This document shows positions 14,161-28,019 of a stretch of DNA of 50,756 bases, in pieces. The stretch covers positions 48,614,882-48,665,637 of the forward strand of contig NC_068984.1 in NCBI RefSeq assembly GCF_001194135.2, in the 5' to 3' direction. Positions within the stretch are counted from its first letter, which is position 1, and each line of letters starts with the position of its first letter. Made by a program: the position numbers and the translations under genes. The stretch comes from Octopus bimaculoides (lineage: Eukaryota). The notes under the pieces are model-generated. The model saw nothing but the letters and a program-made list of their open reading frames with translations, searched no databases and was not told the DNA's origin.

Positions 14161-14267
14161 NNNNNNNNNNNNNNNNNNNNNNNNNNNNNNNNNNNNNNNN
14201 NNNNNNNNNNNNNNNNNNNNNNNNAGAGAGAGAGAGAGAGAGAGATGCATAAATGCATATCTATATA

Positions 14268-14311
<44 letters not shown>

Positions 14312-14375
14312 CTTACATACAAATACACATGCTTACAAGCATACATACATTCAGACATACATATATACATACATG
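14028..14375. repeat. Compound (CA)/(TA)/gap/(GA)/(TG)/(TA) microsatellite
   Basis: Visible runs around gap 14161-14224. Confidence 0.97.
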
Positions 14376-16971
14376 CATATCAAAGAATCAAAGGTTCTTC
14401 CCGGGCCATACGAATGTGGTTGTCTTGTGAATGGATCTATGACTTTGTGTAAGAGTGAAGAGGTGTTAACTATTCGCATAATTCATTGATTTATTGTAAT
14501 ATTTTCAGCTTTCAATAACTTTTCAATAAACATTTATGCTTTTAAATATCTATTTATATATAAAAACGGTTAAAAACAGTTTGGTTAACAGATAACTGAT
14601 TGAATGATCAATTGATTGATCGATTGATTAATCGATTAATTGTTTGCCGCTTGATGTTCTACAAATCAATTTATTTCTTCAGTGACAAGAGCAATAAATA
14701 TAGACTCATATGTGTTAATACTGAAACAGCATTACAATGAATAATACCAACAACACTGTACTTCAGTTTGAGAAAAGAAAACTATTGAAAACATACAGAA
14801 AAATATTTTATTGATCCGATATTATATCAAACACAACGTAGCAATAAAAATTATAACAAAGTAGAAAACTATTTCAATATCGCCTGTAACTTTCCTTTAA
14901 GAATTACTTTGTGAGTATTAATCGAAGTTTACTTAATGATTTCTCAATCAAAAGGTTGTGCATTCTTGTGGATTGGGACAGTCGATGTTATTGATCTCAG
15001 TATACAAATACGTAAGTGTCAGAGGGTTTCTACACAATTACCCGATCTGTAAAAAATAAACAGCTACATTTCTTTGAAATTCTACTATACTATCCTAAAA
15101 AATCGGTGCATTGGATAGTGTTTCCCAGTATGCAATATGTGTAATATTTAAATAATGACCTTCGTGGTTGGAATGCCTATGATCATGTGTATACTGTTTC
15201 GAGATCGGCTTGAGTGTAAATAGTATCGTTACGCTATTGAATATGAAAGACAATGAAATAGAACTCGGAACATAAAGTAATATTTCCCAATCTTTCAGAG
15301 CATTTTCTTTAATGTCCTAACTCTCAGGACCAACAATACTCCGTGAGTAATAGTGGTGCAATTGAAACTGTGCTAAAACCTTTTTGCATTGCCCCTTACG
15401 TATCTTTAGCAGAGTCCATTCTATTGTAAGTATTTTCAATATGTCTCCGTTATAAGTCTTCACCAGTTACTTCCTAACTACTACCAAATAATGGGTTACT
15501 TCTGCTCTATCTCATTGTTTGATACTTCCTCTCAAGTTTCCTATATCAGTCTTGGACACCTCACGTGATGGTGCACACAATGCCCTTCCTTCACTCGCAA
15601 AGCCAATAAATGTGTGAGCACTTTACGTTGTGCAAGAAATTATGTGTTGTGTGCTTGTGTGACATTTGTGCATTTCAGTATGCTTGTGTGTATGTGTATA
15701 TTATGTTTTTGTCTTCTCTTCTTCTTCTATAAGTCTAATACTGTTAATTGCTGAATCTCATTTCACTTTCGGTGCGTTAAGTGGCTGTGAGATAACATTA
15801 GTCTCATTTATAGCACATATTACCTCCGGGAAAATTCTAAGTCATTACTTCTTGGTAAGGAAACCATTTAAAATGAAACAATATGGCGCTATACTTACAA
15901 CTAGCAATAGTATGTATGGAGCATATTTACTATTAGGGATCATTGAGTAATTGAGTTTTTAGTGGTGTTCACATGGTGAGTTGTTACGTTCAGGTAGTTG
16001 ATTAACACGCCGCTACCCAATCGATTTTTCTCTCATGTTTTATGTATTCAACTGTCAGGTAAATAAGAAACTGGATTTTCCCTATCTTATCAAGTCTTAA
16101 TGTTTCTTCACTGATCATATCTCTCCATCAACCCGTGAAGGCGAGTAAAATATGTTTTGAGATTTAATGAAATCATCTGGAGTATCTGAGATGCCCTCCT
16201 CTTAATGCCACTAAACCGGATTATATTCTGTATTTTTAGTTAATATTCCATTGACGGTAAGTGAGATACACACACAATATCTCTCTTCCTTCCTCCATCT
16301 GTCCCTCCTTCCCTCCTTCTCCCCCCCCCCACAATAAAATATTGGACAGTGTACTTTAGTTTGGTAAAAAAAACAAACGCTGTAGAGTCAAATTTCTTCA
16401 TCCTTCCGTTTAGTTCGCATTTAGTATTGTAAAGTATTTGCCTGGTTTATTTTGACTGTATTCCCTCAATATAAAACTGATAACAACGAGTAATTTGCTG
16501 CAAACAGACCCTACTTATATCTTGAACACAGTCGGAAATACCAATGCTTTATTCGGTCACTCTTCATCCTGAATCCAAAATTCATTCAACTAAAGTGTTA
16601 AAATTCGACATAGATGACAGAATCTCTAGAAATATGACTGAACGAAACACAATATTAGGCGACATTCGTTTCGTGTCTACGTTTGAGTCTTTCCAGTTCA
16701 GATAATAGCTTTCATTTTCCCTGGAACTTGTAAAATGATGGTAAGTATTTACACGAAATCTGGTTTGACCGGCAACTTTTACGTTTATAAAAATGGAATT
16801 GAGTTTATCATAAAGGGAAACGGTCATTAAGGTATGGTTAGCACTGTGTTCATTTTCCCGTTCGAGTCTAGGAAGTTTGTCACCATTAAGTGTAAAGATA
16901 TACGAGTCAAAAGTTTGAAAACTTTGAAAATGTCAGTTGCAAGACAGCGTGATCCCAGGCACACATATACA

Positions 16972-17003
<32 letters not shown>

Positions 17004-17182
17004 AACACACACACAAACACACGCACATATTTATACATATAACAATAAACCATGTGGACAACAAGAGAATCAAACGAAATAGGCCTAAATATCATAGAAC
17101 ATCGAATCGGATAGCCTCACACAGGTAAATTACCGGGAAATTAAAAGTAGTGTCTGTGAGGATTTTATGTTTGTTTATATAA

Positions 17183-17217
17183 TGTGTGTATGTGTTTATG
17201 TGTGTGCGTGTGTGTGT

Positions 17218-17304
<87 letters not shown>

Positions 17305-17325
17305 TGTGTGTGTATGTGTGTATGT
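17183..17325. repeat. (TG)n microsatellite
   Basis: Long, nearly pure run. Confidence 0.98.
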
Positions 17326-18053
17326 GATCGGAAGTGTATGAAGGTCATGTAAACACCAAATATCTACCTAATTCCACTCCATAAGTATTGGTCAACACGA
17401 ATCTTTCATAGACGACAATTGTTACAATGTTACGTAATGTAATCTAACATGGAAAATCTTAGTCGGGAAACAAAATACTTAACTAGGTATTTATTTTCTT
17501 TAAGATAATAATATCTTCTGTAAATTCCGTTATAAGTAATCATAGTCTATCAGCGGTTTCCAAAACTCCGACTGTTTTTCCTTTCGAACACGAAGCAGAA
17601 AAATCAGTCGTATCTGATAATGCAACACGCAAATACATTCCACCTATCACCATTGTTTGCATCTCAGCTTTCAACTCACTCCTAGATGTTCGTTTCTTAT
17701 ATTATCCTAATGACTCTCTCTCAGCTTCTGACAAACAATTTGTACAGATAGTGATATTCACAAACAGTTGTAATATTACTAGTTATTGCAAACAATGTTA
17801 TGTTCAATGGAAGTTTCTTCCTTAGAGCATTATATTCACACATGTCAAATGTTAATGGCGGCAAATGGATTTAGTGCTTCTTTCAATTTTAGATAGAACA
17901 ACCAGACATGCGCCTATGATTAGAAGTTTCTCCAGATTACTGGTGTTTTTATATCGCCAGCAACTTCAGCAATTTTCGTGACAGCAGATACATACGGTTG
18001 CTATTACAATTGCATCATTAGTAAAACGTAGAATTAGTTTTCTTTTGTGAATC

Positions 18054-18107
<54 letters not shown>

Positions 18108-19256
18108 NNNNNNNNNNNNNNNNNNNNNNNNNNNNNNNNNNNNNNNNNNNNNNNNNNNNNNNNNNNNNNNNNNNNNNNNNNNNNNNNNNNNNNNNNNNNN
18201 NNNNNNNNNNNNNNNNNNNNNNNNNNNNNNNNNNNNNNNNNNNNNNNNNNNNNNNNNNNNNNNNNNNNNNNNNNNNNNNNNNNNNNNNNNNNNNNNNNNN
18301 NNNNNNNNNNNNNNNNNNNNNNNNNNNNNNNNNNNNNNNNNNNNNNNNNNNNNNNNNNNNNNNNNNNNNNNNNNNNNNNNNNNNNNNNNNNNNNNNNNNN
18401 NNNNNNNNNNNNNNNNNNNNNNNNNNNNNNNNNNNNNNNNNNNNNNNNNNNNNNNNNNNNNNNNNNNNNNNNNNNNNNNNNNNNNNNNNNNNNNNNNNNN
18501 NNNNNNNNNNNNNNNNNNNNNNNNNNNNNNNNNNNNNNNNNNNNNNNNNNNNNNNNNNNNNNNNNNNNNNNNNNNNNNNNNNNNNNNNNNNNNNNNNNNN
18601 NNNNNNNNNNNNNNNNNNNNNNNNNNNNNNNNNNNNNNNNNNNNNNNNNNNNNNNNNNNNNNNNNNNNNNNNNNNNNNNNNNNNNNNNNNNNNNNNNNNN
18701 NNNNNNNNNNNNNNNNNNNNNNNNNNNNNNNNNNNNNNNNNNNNNNNNNNNNNNNNNNNNNNNNNNNNNNNNNNNNNNNNNNNNNNNNNNNNNNNNNNNN
18801 NNNNNNNNNNNNNNNNNNNNNNNNNNNNNNNNNNNNNNNNNNNNNNNNNNNNNNNNNNNNNNNNNNNNNNNNNNNNNNNNNNNNNNNNNNNNNNNNNNNN
18901 NNNNNNNNNNNNNNNNNNNNNNNNNNNNNNNNNNNNNNNNNNNNNNNNNNNNNNNNNNNNNNNNNNNNNNNNNNNNNNNNNNNNNNNNNNNNNNNNNNNN
19001 NNNNNNNNNNNNNNNNNNNNNNNNNNNNNNNNNNNNNNNNNNNNNNNNNNNNNNNNNNNNNNNNNNNNNNNNNNNNNNNNNNNNNNNNNNNNNNNNNNNN
19101 NNNNTATATATATATATGCATATATATATATACATACATATACATACATATATATACACATATAGGGAGAATTCACAAAAAAAAACAAAAGACGAAGACA
19201 GGTGGTGTAGAAAACAAAGAGATGTATTAGTATAACGCCCGGGAACTGAAAAAGTA

Positions 19257-19290
19257 TTTAACATTTCGAGCCTACGCTCGTCCACAAAAA
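19257..19290 (-). ncRNA. Strongly decayed hammerhead-like motif
   Basis: The minus strand reads TTT-TTGTGGA-C-GAGC-GTAG-GCTC-GAAA-TGTT-AAA. Stem II is perfect and stem I is 3 bp, but the core is decayed. Confidence 0.4.
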
Positions 19291-19474
19291 GGAACACAGA
19301 AAGAAACAAGGAGAGAAACGAGCAGAGAAAAAGAAAGCCGAGAAAAAAGTGGAATCATGAGGTTGCCAGAAAGATGACAAAAGGTCATCAAACAAAATAT
19401 AAAATATATGATTTATTAAAGTTCATTACCTTTATTTCATGCTAAAAAGCCCAAATCACTTTCTAGCCAACCCA

Positions 19475-19563
<89 letters not shown>

Positions 19564-21004
19564 GGAGTACATGCATACGTGTGCGCTCACGTAAATTTCA
19601 GTTGATAACCTGGAGTCTTGTCTAATCCTCAAGTGTTTTTTCATATATCCGCGATTTCGAAAACTATTATGCGACTGTTCTTCATTCAGCATCCTGGGAA
19701 TTTGTGGATTTTCCCATCTAAATGGGAAAATGACATCCAGTCAATGTACTTCTCCATTACAATGATACATCAGAGCTTTCAGTATTAGATAGGGTGATGC
19801 ACAGATTAAGTCAATGTTATTTTATGCAAGAGACCTGCCCTGCCTGTGTAAACGCATTGTACCAAAAATGCTTTGGCTGATTAATCTTTATGTCAGTCCT
19901 AATAACACTAATAATGAAATACTTAAAATATCCCAATTTTCTAACCGAATATAGCACGCCTAGGTCTACATGACTAAATCTCCTGATAAATTTAAACAAT
20001 AGTGAGCTTTAACGGAGAAATTATCTGACAATTCTGTACAATGGAATGACTACACGGACTCGATCGATGGATCGAGGTTACTGAAATCTGGTTTTGCATC
20101 CGACATGTTTTATACATTCCTTTAAACTGTGTGCACAATTTAAGAAGTGGTGGAATATCTTAAACACAGCATATCAAGAGATTAATTTCTTTAATAATCT
20201 TATTATTGAATAATCATTTACGTGCATACCTGTATTTTAGTCTTAGGAATATGCTTATAAATAATCTTTTTAGAAAAAGCGTATATATTTCCCACAGTAC
20301 ATCATGTGTCACGCAAAAGTCTATAATGTGATAATGAAATTATCCGTGGCATAGGCTTGTTACCAGTGAAGGAAAGAAATTTACAGTCCACGTTTGGTTG
20401 TTAAATTGTAATCATCATTATAATCAATTCGTATTACAACATTTTACTAAAATATTAAAGTGGCATGAATGGTGGAGTGCTAACTAGTTGCATTGCAGCA
20501 TTAAGTTGCATTTCTCACTTTTGTGATTTTAAATTCCATTGTCACCAAATTTCCTTTGGTTCCAGAAAAGTACATTAAATAATCTTCGATAAAAATCTGT
20601 GTCCATATTTTCAATTATAATATTTTTGATCACAAATTTGTAGTAGTGTATCAAATAAAAATAGATATTAGTACATTAAGATATAACAAGATTTGGTAAA
20701 TGTAAGAAACGAGAAAGACTTTAAAACGAAATATACAGAATCTATTTTGTATTCCCTGCATTAAGAGCATAAAACCATTAAACTGAGTACTACTATGGGC
20801 TAACGAAATGTCTGCTTAGAGCAATGAAACAGTATATCTCCAATAACTACTATAACATATATTAGTATGTAAGAGAGACATCTCCAAAGTTGTTTCAGTG
20901 TTCTCATGACCTCAGCATAGAAATTTAAACTTAAAAGTGTTAAAAATCCAGGTCATAACACATCATGTTTGGCGTGGAATTCATAATGCAAACATATTGG
21001 TATC

Positions 21005-21200
21005 AAACTTTAGTACAAGGCTAGTTATTTCACGTGAGTGGATAAGTCGATTACATCGACCCCAATATTCAACTGCTACTTTTTTTATCGACCCGCGAAA
21101 TGATGAAAGGCAAAGACGAACTCGGCGGTATTTGGACTCAGAACGAAATGCCACTAAGCATTTTACCCAACGTGCTAACGATTCTGCTAGCTTACCGCCT
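21005..21200 (-). mobile_element. Second SINE family (tRNA-like head at the right end)
   Basis: The plus strand reads GTCGATTACATCGACCCC...ATCGACCCGCGAAATGATGAAAGGCAAAG...CTCGGCGGTATTTGGACTCAGAAC...GCTAACGATTCTGCTAGCTTACCGCCT. The minus strand has A-box-like and B-box-like (GAGTCCAAATACC) segments. The family assignment is from recall, not from a search. Confidence 0.7.
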
Positions 21201-22228
21201 TACAAAGCAATCAAATTTACAAGGCTTGTAGCTTTTCCTACTAACTCTCAAGAGGTTAATGAACTGGGCTTGATATAAAATACATTTTACTCCTCTGTTT
21301 CAGGTGTACTAAGTAAGGGACATTAGTCAAAGAGTGTAGATCTCATCGAGGCCAATGTTCTCTTTCATTAGCTCGAGTCCATAATACTATATAATATACT
21401 AAGTTGATACTAATGACAATAACACCTTTAACCAATTGGCTTTGTGTCAAATATATCAATACTAACTACGCATTTTGAAGATATTTCTGCGGTCTACACT
21501 TTACAGTCAGTTGGTTAAGATGATATATGAAATATATTGTGATTCAACCATTCAGTATAAAGTATAATAAACTGAAATACTTTAGCAAAATGGCTTTCAT
21601 CATTCTGTTTCTGTTCATTTATCTGTATTACTAGAAGGAAATTAAAGCTTGTCAACCGACTCGTAGGTATAGATATATAAATTATGATGTTGAAGCTGAC
21701 ATTCTTAAAGGATGTAAATGTCGTTATGATCAAAGACAACGGTGAACATAATCCTTCGTTATGGATCAAACATTACCAATTTGTCTTTGAAAATGGGAGT
21801 CGTCAGATACGAATGTTATTAGGATGAAATACTCATTCGCTGCAATTATCAAGTTTACATTTACGCACAAGCGGCTCTAAGGCTAAAAAAGGAAAAGCGA
21901 AACTTTAAAGCAAAAAATTCTTCAGATTTGTGGTAGAAAGGAAATTACATTTTTTTTACTTTTAAGCCTTATATTGAGAATAAATGCAAACTGGAATGGA
22001 TGCACTCAGGAATCGAGCACGTATGGATGTGAAGTATAATGTGATTGAAAGCATATGTCTTATACAAAGTACAGATTATATGACATTCAGGAGGTGTTAG
22101 TTATACCTAGGTAAATTGTAAATATGTTAATATATGCGTGAATATTTGTGAGTTTCTGATACACGCATAAGTAGAATACAAATATGTACAAAAACTCATC
22201 TCCGAGACTTTTCTTCTACACCATTTTT

Positions 22229-22256
22229 CTGATGAAGGACTAGTGTCAGAAACGTC
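22229..22256 (+). ncRNA. Minimal hammerhead-like motif (partly decayed)
   Basis: The motif is CTGATGA-AG-GAC-TAGT-GTC-A-GAAA-CGTC, with palindromic stem III ACGT and a GUC triplet. The stem II base pair is broken and stem I is only 2 bp. Confidence 0.55.
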
Positions 22257-22380
22257 AATTCTCTTTCTTCTTGTGTTGTCTGTAAAACTTACTTTTGAGT
22301 TCAATGCTTACACACACACACACATACATACATACATACGTACATACATACATACATACATACATACATACACACATACA

Positions 22381-23410
22381 TGACCCAAAGAAGTCGCACG
22401 ACTCTATCGCAACAGACCATAAGGTCAAATGATGACCATGCATGGATATGTTAATAGAAAGCTGCGAGATGATAGTAACATTGACCATCTAAGTAGTTTA
22501 TCAAGGACCAACAACCTGATTAGGGGTGTGCGTTTGCAATCCAGGAGTAGGAAATATCAACCGAATACCTGTTGCACAAAAGGGACAGGGAAGCAGGAAA
22601 AGCAGTAAAATGTGACAACCGATGCAGACTTTGTGGAGATAATACTGAATATCTCATCCACATCATAAGCAGTTCTCCTAAAATGTCATCACAGTATTAT
22701 CTACCGATGAGACATGATGTTATAGCTAAGACACTGTATAACGAGATCCGTCAAAAAGATAATCCTGATGACAAAGAAATAAGAACCCAAAGTTTAGTAG
22801 AATGTTCCTGTGAAAACTTCAATGAAACGGAAACACTATAAACCTGATATTATGATTTGGAGTAGAGAACAGAAACAGTGTAAAGTTGTGGAAATCAGTT
22901 GCCTAACAGATGTTAACAAAGCTGAATATCAGTGAAAAAGAGAACACCTACGCTGAACTATTGAGAAATCTGCAGTTACTCTATCTAATTCACCTGTAAT
23001 TATTGGAGCATTAGGATATGTAACATACTGCCTATATAACAATTTTGTGATATTATGCTACTCAAAACCAGAAAACAGAAAGCTGATTCCAAGACTACAG
23101 ATCCAAACCATCACCGGAACTGTAAAAATTTGTAAAACTTTCCAGTTTATCATTTTAGTATATATGAGCACGTCTAGATATGGAAGTAGATGGATGAGAA
23201 TATATACATAGAACAAAACATAAAAAACTGCCCGTATACATACATACATACATTCATTCATTCATTCATACATACATGCATACATACATACATACATACA
23301 TACATACATACCCTGTTGTGCATGTTGAAATTCCAATGAAGGAGCTTTGGATCTCGGTTAGAAACGGGTTCTTTCTCTATTGGCAAGAAATCTTGAAATA
23401 AAACTGAATA
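22381..23410 (+). mobile_element. Non-LTR retrotransposon 3' fragment (RLE type, second family) with probable 3' UTR, embedded in (TACA)n
   Basis: Translation gives MHGYVNRKL...AIQE*EISTEYLLHKRDRE...CDNRCRLCGDNTEYLIHIISS...YYLPMRHDVIAKTLYNEI...KPDIMIWSREQKQCKVVEISC...PVIIGALG...QIQTITGTVKICKTF. (TACA)n arrays lie at 22309-22380, 23235-23310 and 23416-23531. Confidence 0.88.
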
Positions 23411-24014
23411 ATGCCATACATACATACATACACAAACACTCATGCATACATACATACATACATACATACACACATACATACATACATACATACATACATA
23501 CATACATACATACATACATACATACATACATACTAATACACAGATAGAGAAGTGTAACTCATTTTACGTCGGGCAGATACGGTTTACATGTTTATTAAAC
23601 ATTTACCTGACGTATTCGATTACACATACGGCGCCGACTAAAACTTGTGCCATTACAAAAGCAGATAAATTCTCTCGTAATCCAAATCAATGCTGTTTTG
23701 CTCATTAATAATTAATTGAGCTATCTACCAGAAAATGTCTATTTAAGCAAATCGGATTTACCAGTTTCCTGAAATCCCGATAGGATTGACAAAATACACA
23801 ATTACTCCAAGAAGAGAAGACTGAACGCTGTCTCTAATGAGTTGTCCAAAATTAGAACCACACGTGTCAGATCGATTATCTTCTAGTCTGTCTCTAAAGA
23901 GATTTTACAGTCGTTTGCTAAGTTTTGCTTACATTTTCTCCAAAGTATTCAATTATACATACATCACCATGCATTTCATATTAGCCGGTGTAGACTAACT
24001 CACATCTTTATCTC

Positions 24015-24020
24015 TGTCTG

Positions 24021-24072
<52 letters not shown>

Positions 24073-24074
24073 AC

Positions 24075-24116
<42 letters not shown>

Positions 24117-24200
24117 TGTGTGTGGGGGGGGGTATGTTCTGTGTGTATGTGTGTCTGTGTCTGTGTGCGCGTGTCTGTATATATATATATATATATATAC

Positions 24201-24231
<31 letters not shown>

Positions 24232-24232
24232 T
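24015..24232. repeat. Compound (TCTA)/(TA)/(TG)/(TA)/(GA) microsatellite
   Basis: Visible runs. Confidence 0.97.
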
Positions 24233-26190
24233 GGAGAGATTATAAAAGGGATAAACTATGCTGGCGGATACCGTACTATCTCACAAATTGGTAAAGATAC
24301 CAGCTATCCACAACGGTCCAATTACATAGCACTCAAGTATAAAAGAGATACTGGTGCTGGCAAGCTTCACTCGTTGGGTAGTTCCGTACTCCTATTCAGA
24401 ACTGCAAATACTCCATAGAGTATATAACTGATAAGGAAATCTCTTTTATTAAAATCTGTTTTATTAAAATTTTTTCTACACCATATATAACACTGACCAA
24501 CATATATTTCGATTGCAACGACTGCACATTGCTCTCTATGCAATTATGCATCCTAGTCGCTGCAATTTCATGAAGAGTCCATCATTCACGACATGTTCAA
24601 AGTGAACTTATTCAACCAAGCGTCCTGTGTAGGTATTCAGTTGAAGGTGATAGCGTCACTTTTTAAATGCAATGGAATTCCGGTTTTATAATCAACTATA
24701 ATCACCTCTACTCCTGTAATACAGTTAAAGCGGGGTTTTAAAATGTTTGTTCAGATTCCAATCAATAGTAGTAGCTTTAATTGTAGAAATACGAATTGGT
24801 ATATACAGGGATGATGCACTTTTCACCTCGTTTAAACACTTAAACCGAGACATAGAGAAATATAGGGAAAATTTTAATTAAAAAAAAATCATAGGACTTT
24901 CAATATCAATAGAAGAGGAGTATTACTCAATTAACTTTCTTGACGTCACTTCAGAACTATGTACAAGCATATGCATGCCATATCACAAGCCTAATACAAA
25001 CTTTAGATGCATTCATAAAAATAGCAATCAACCAAAATGTATAACCCGATCTAGAGTATAAAATATATAAATCCGCTTTACTAACCTCTCAGCAAAGTAG
25101 GAAGTATTTAAATCAGACGAGGACTTTTTATAATTTAGCATTAGAGAAGGTGGTATATATGGAAAATTTTAAATTCTTTAACGGTAGTAATAATAGAAAT
25201 AATAAGCGTAGTGGGATGGACCATCCCAATAATAATCAAAATAGAATGCTTTATATGGAGAACACCACTAACCACCCAGAACAGAAGGTGGGAAGAGTTA
25301 AAGGCAGAAAGTCAAAGCAATTAAAATACAACAACAGTGTACCTAGAACCAAAAAGTAGAGTACGAATAAAGTGCTAAGTGACTTGGGTAATGATGGACC
25401 TACTAAAGGGTCCTATTCATATAGGGGGCGGGTAACTTACGCATAAGCTCTGCCAATAGTACTATACAGATAACTGACAAATATAATGACAAATATAATT
25501 TTCTATTCTATCTGGAGGTTGGTTATTCTACCTTCTTTCAATGTCCCTATCATATTTGAAAACGATGTTGCATGTTTTTATTTATTTTTGTCTCTGAATA
25601 TGTGAGTATATGCATATATACGTACATGTATGTACATACCTACATCTACATGTATATATAGATGCATACCTGGGTACAGGACGTTTCAAAAAAACGTGGA
25701 CAAAATGATAAACAGCGTACAGAAAACACACAGGCCACATAGAGAACATTTCCTTTATCAGCTGCTCCCATTCTAAAACAAAGCGTTTCGAAGAGTTAGG
25801 GCATGACGCATTGTTAGAATGGCTCTTCCGACGGACCACAAATTAAATTTGTAACGTGGAGGAATGTAGTGGTGGACAGAAAACTAGACAGGAAAACGAA
25901 ACAGTGAAAATAAACAAAGAGTGGTCATACGGCCAGACGTGAAAAAATACGTGTATACTGAACGCTGTGAAGCGACGAACTGGAAGGAAGAGAGACGAAG
26001 AAAGTTCGTGCAAGCTTGGCGATAGCCAAGATATGAAAGGAAGTGAAGTAGTTGGACAAGTGACAAGCGAGGCGTAAGGAGAAAGAGAAGCAACAAAAAT
26101 ATCCAGAGGTAATGCAGTACGATCGTTTCATGCAACTCCATTTAATTGACCAATGTAATCATTACATCAATGTAAAATGCNNNNNNNNNN

Positions 26191-26246
<56 letters not shown>

Positions 26247-26645
26247 TTAATGTTTTTGTTTTATTGATATTCAGTTAGAATAAAACACTAACTTATTCTG
26301 ATAGGCTACTCTATACTTTCGTAGAGTACAATTTATTATTCTTAGACAAGACTATTATTCACAGAGATTTCGAAGATTCGGCCAGCTAAGCCATCGTTAA
26401 GAAAAAATATTATTTCGTATAGTCTTTGTACAGGTGTCGTGTCATAACATATGATTAATACACTCGTGTTTTAACTTACCTGGCAAGTGAATAATTCTCT
26501 GCATGACACACGGCCTGTCATAAGCATTAGTATTTGTTTCATATGTAACTCACATTAGAAGCTCAGATGACTATTTTATGGAAATAATAAAAATATTTTG
26601 TAATATATTAGCTAATTGATCTCATAATGAGCTATGTAAATCCTG

Positions 26646-26686
<41 letters not shown>

Positions 26687-28019
26687 NNNNNNNNNNNNNN
26701 NNNNNNNNNNNNNNNNNNNNNNNNNNNNNNNNNNNNNNNNNNNNNNNNNNNNNNNNNNNNNNNNNNNNNNNNNNNNNNNNNNNNNNNNNNNNNNNNNNNN
26801 NNNNNNNNNNNNNNNNNNNNNNNNNNNNNNNNNNNNNNNNNNNNNNNNNNNNNNNNNNNNNNNNNNNNNNNNNNNNNNNNNNNNNNNNNNNNNNNNNNNN
26901 NNNNNNNTGTGTGTTGAGTATGATTTTAAGGTGAAAAGAATTAATATGCATGAAGAAAGTAGATCAGGTTCTTACAGAAGCTTTCTGAATGCCTAAATTA
27001 AATTTTCAGGGAAAATATATGGATGTTTAGCCTACAGTGTTTCGGTACGTCTCTTTACATGCTGGAGTTGATAAATTAATTCCCAGCATCATTTTGTGTT
27101 AGATATAACTCATCATGTTCCTCCACGGAAACGTGGGACATTGTAATTATAATACAATTCATTATTTCTTGAATTTCCCATAGATATTTCATCCTAAATA
27201 GGCTCTGTGAGCATTAGTATGTTAAACATTGCTGTTCAGAAAGATACCCGTACTATATATAGCAATAGTTTTCCTCTTACATAGCGTTGGTTATTTTCTA
27301 TTATTCTAGTATAACATTGAAACGAATACTTTAAAGCGGTAAATTTACCAAATGGACTGGGATGATTTGGTGAAGTTAACACGATTAATGCTTAGTAAGA
27401 AAATTTTCTAGCAGTAAGATACATGGTTGATGCGAAAGTTCCAGAAAATGTTCATTTATATCTAAGAAAGAGGAATCGGCAATGTAACTGGTAATTTTCA
27501 CAGAAGGGATAATTAAAAGAACAGAAACTAAGTATAAAATATAGAAGAAGAATATACTATATTCAAATACTAAAGCGAAAACAATACGGGTGTTTGTAGC
27601 CGACAACAAAAAAATATTAATAAACGAAAAGACAAAGCAAAAAATTGAATAATTTTGCTTTATCTTCGAAGACGAATTCTCACCAGAAAGTTATAAATTC
27701 TTCTCTGCTCACAGCACATATAATCATTCTATTTTGCTATATATGGTATATAGTTGAAGTCCAAAACATTTGTAATACACTAACATAATTAATGTAAACC
27801 ATGCATCAGAATATAAAAAATGCCCAATCATTTTTTAAAACTAATGGATGCGTCAGAAAATATGCGTCACAGGACGTGATATTAAATAATATATATATGC
27901 ATGTGTGTGTATGTGTGTGTGTGTGTATGTACGTATGTATGTATGCAGGTATGTATCTATTCAGAAATTGTAGTGCGCGAGAGAAAATACCCAGTGATCT
28001 TTAGTCAAACCCATTTATT

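Noticed and set aside
19643-19693. Minus-strand CTGAATGA...GAAA with pairable stems II and III
   Set aside because: The core has an extra base and stem I is 3 bp starting with G-U, so it is not distinguishable from chance without a model score.
25760-25830. Minus-strand GAAACGCT and CTGATAA half-cores in a repeat-like segment
   Set aside because: Both halves are mutated and no consistent stem II joins them.
27030-27062. Minus-strand ...AAGAGACGTACCGAAACACTGTA, hammerhead-like 3' half
   Set aside because: The CUGANGA core is absent.
27123-27136. CCACG-GAAA-CGTGG GNRA-type hairpin; also a 9-bp stem at 31921-31944
   Set aside because: Short stems are expected by chance in 50 kb, and there is no supporting context.
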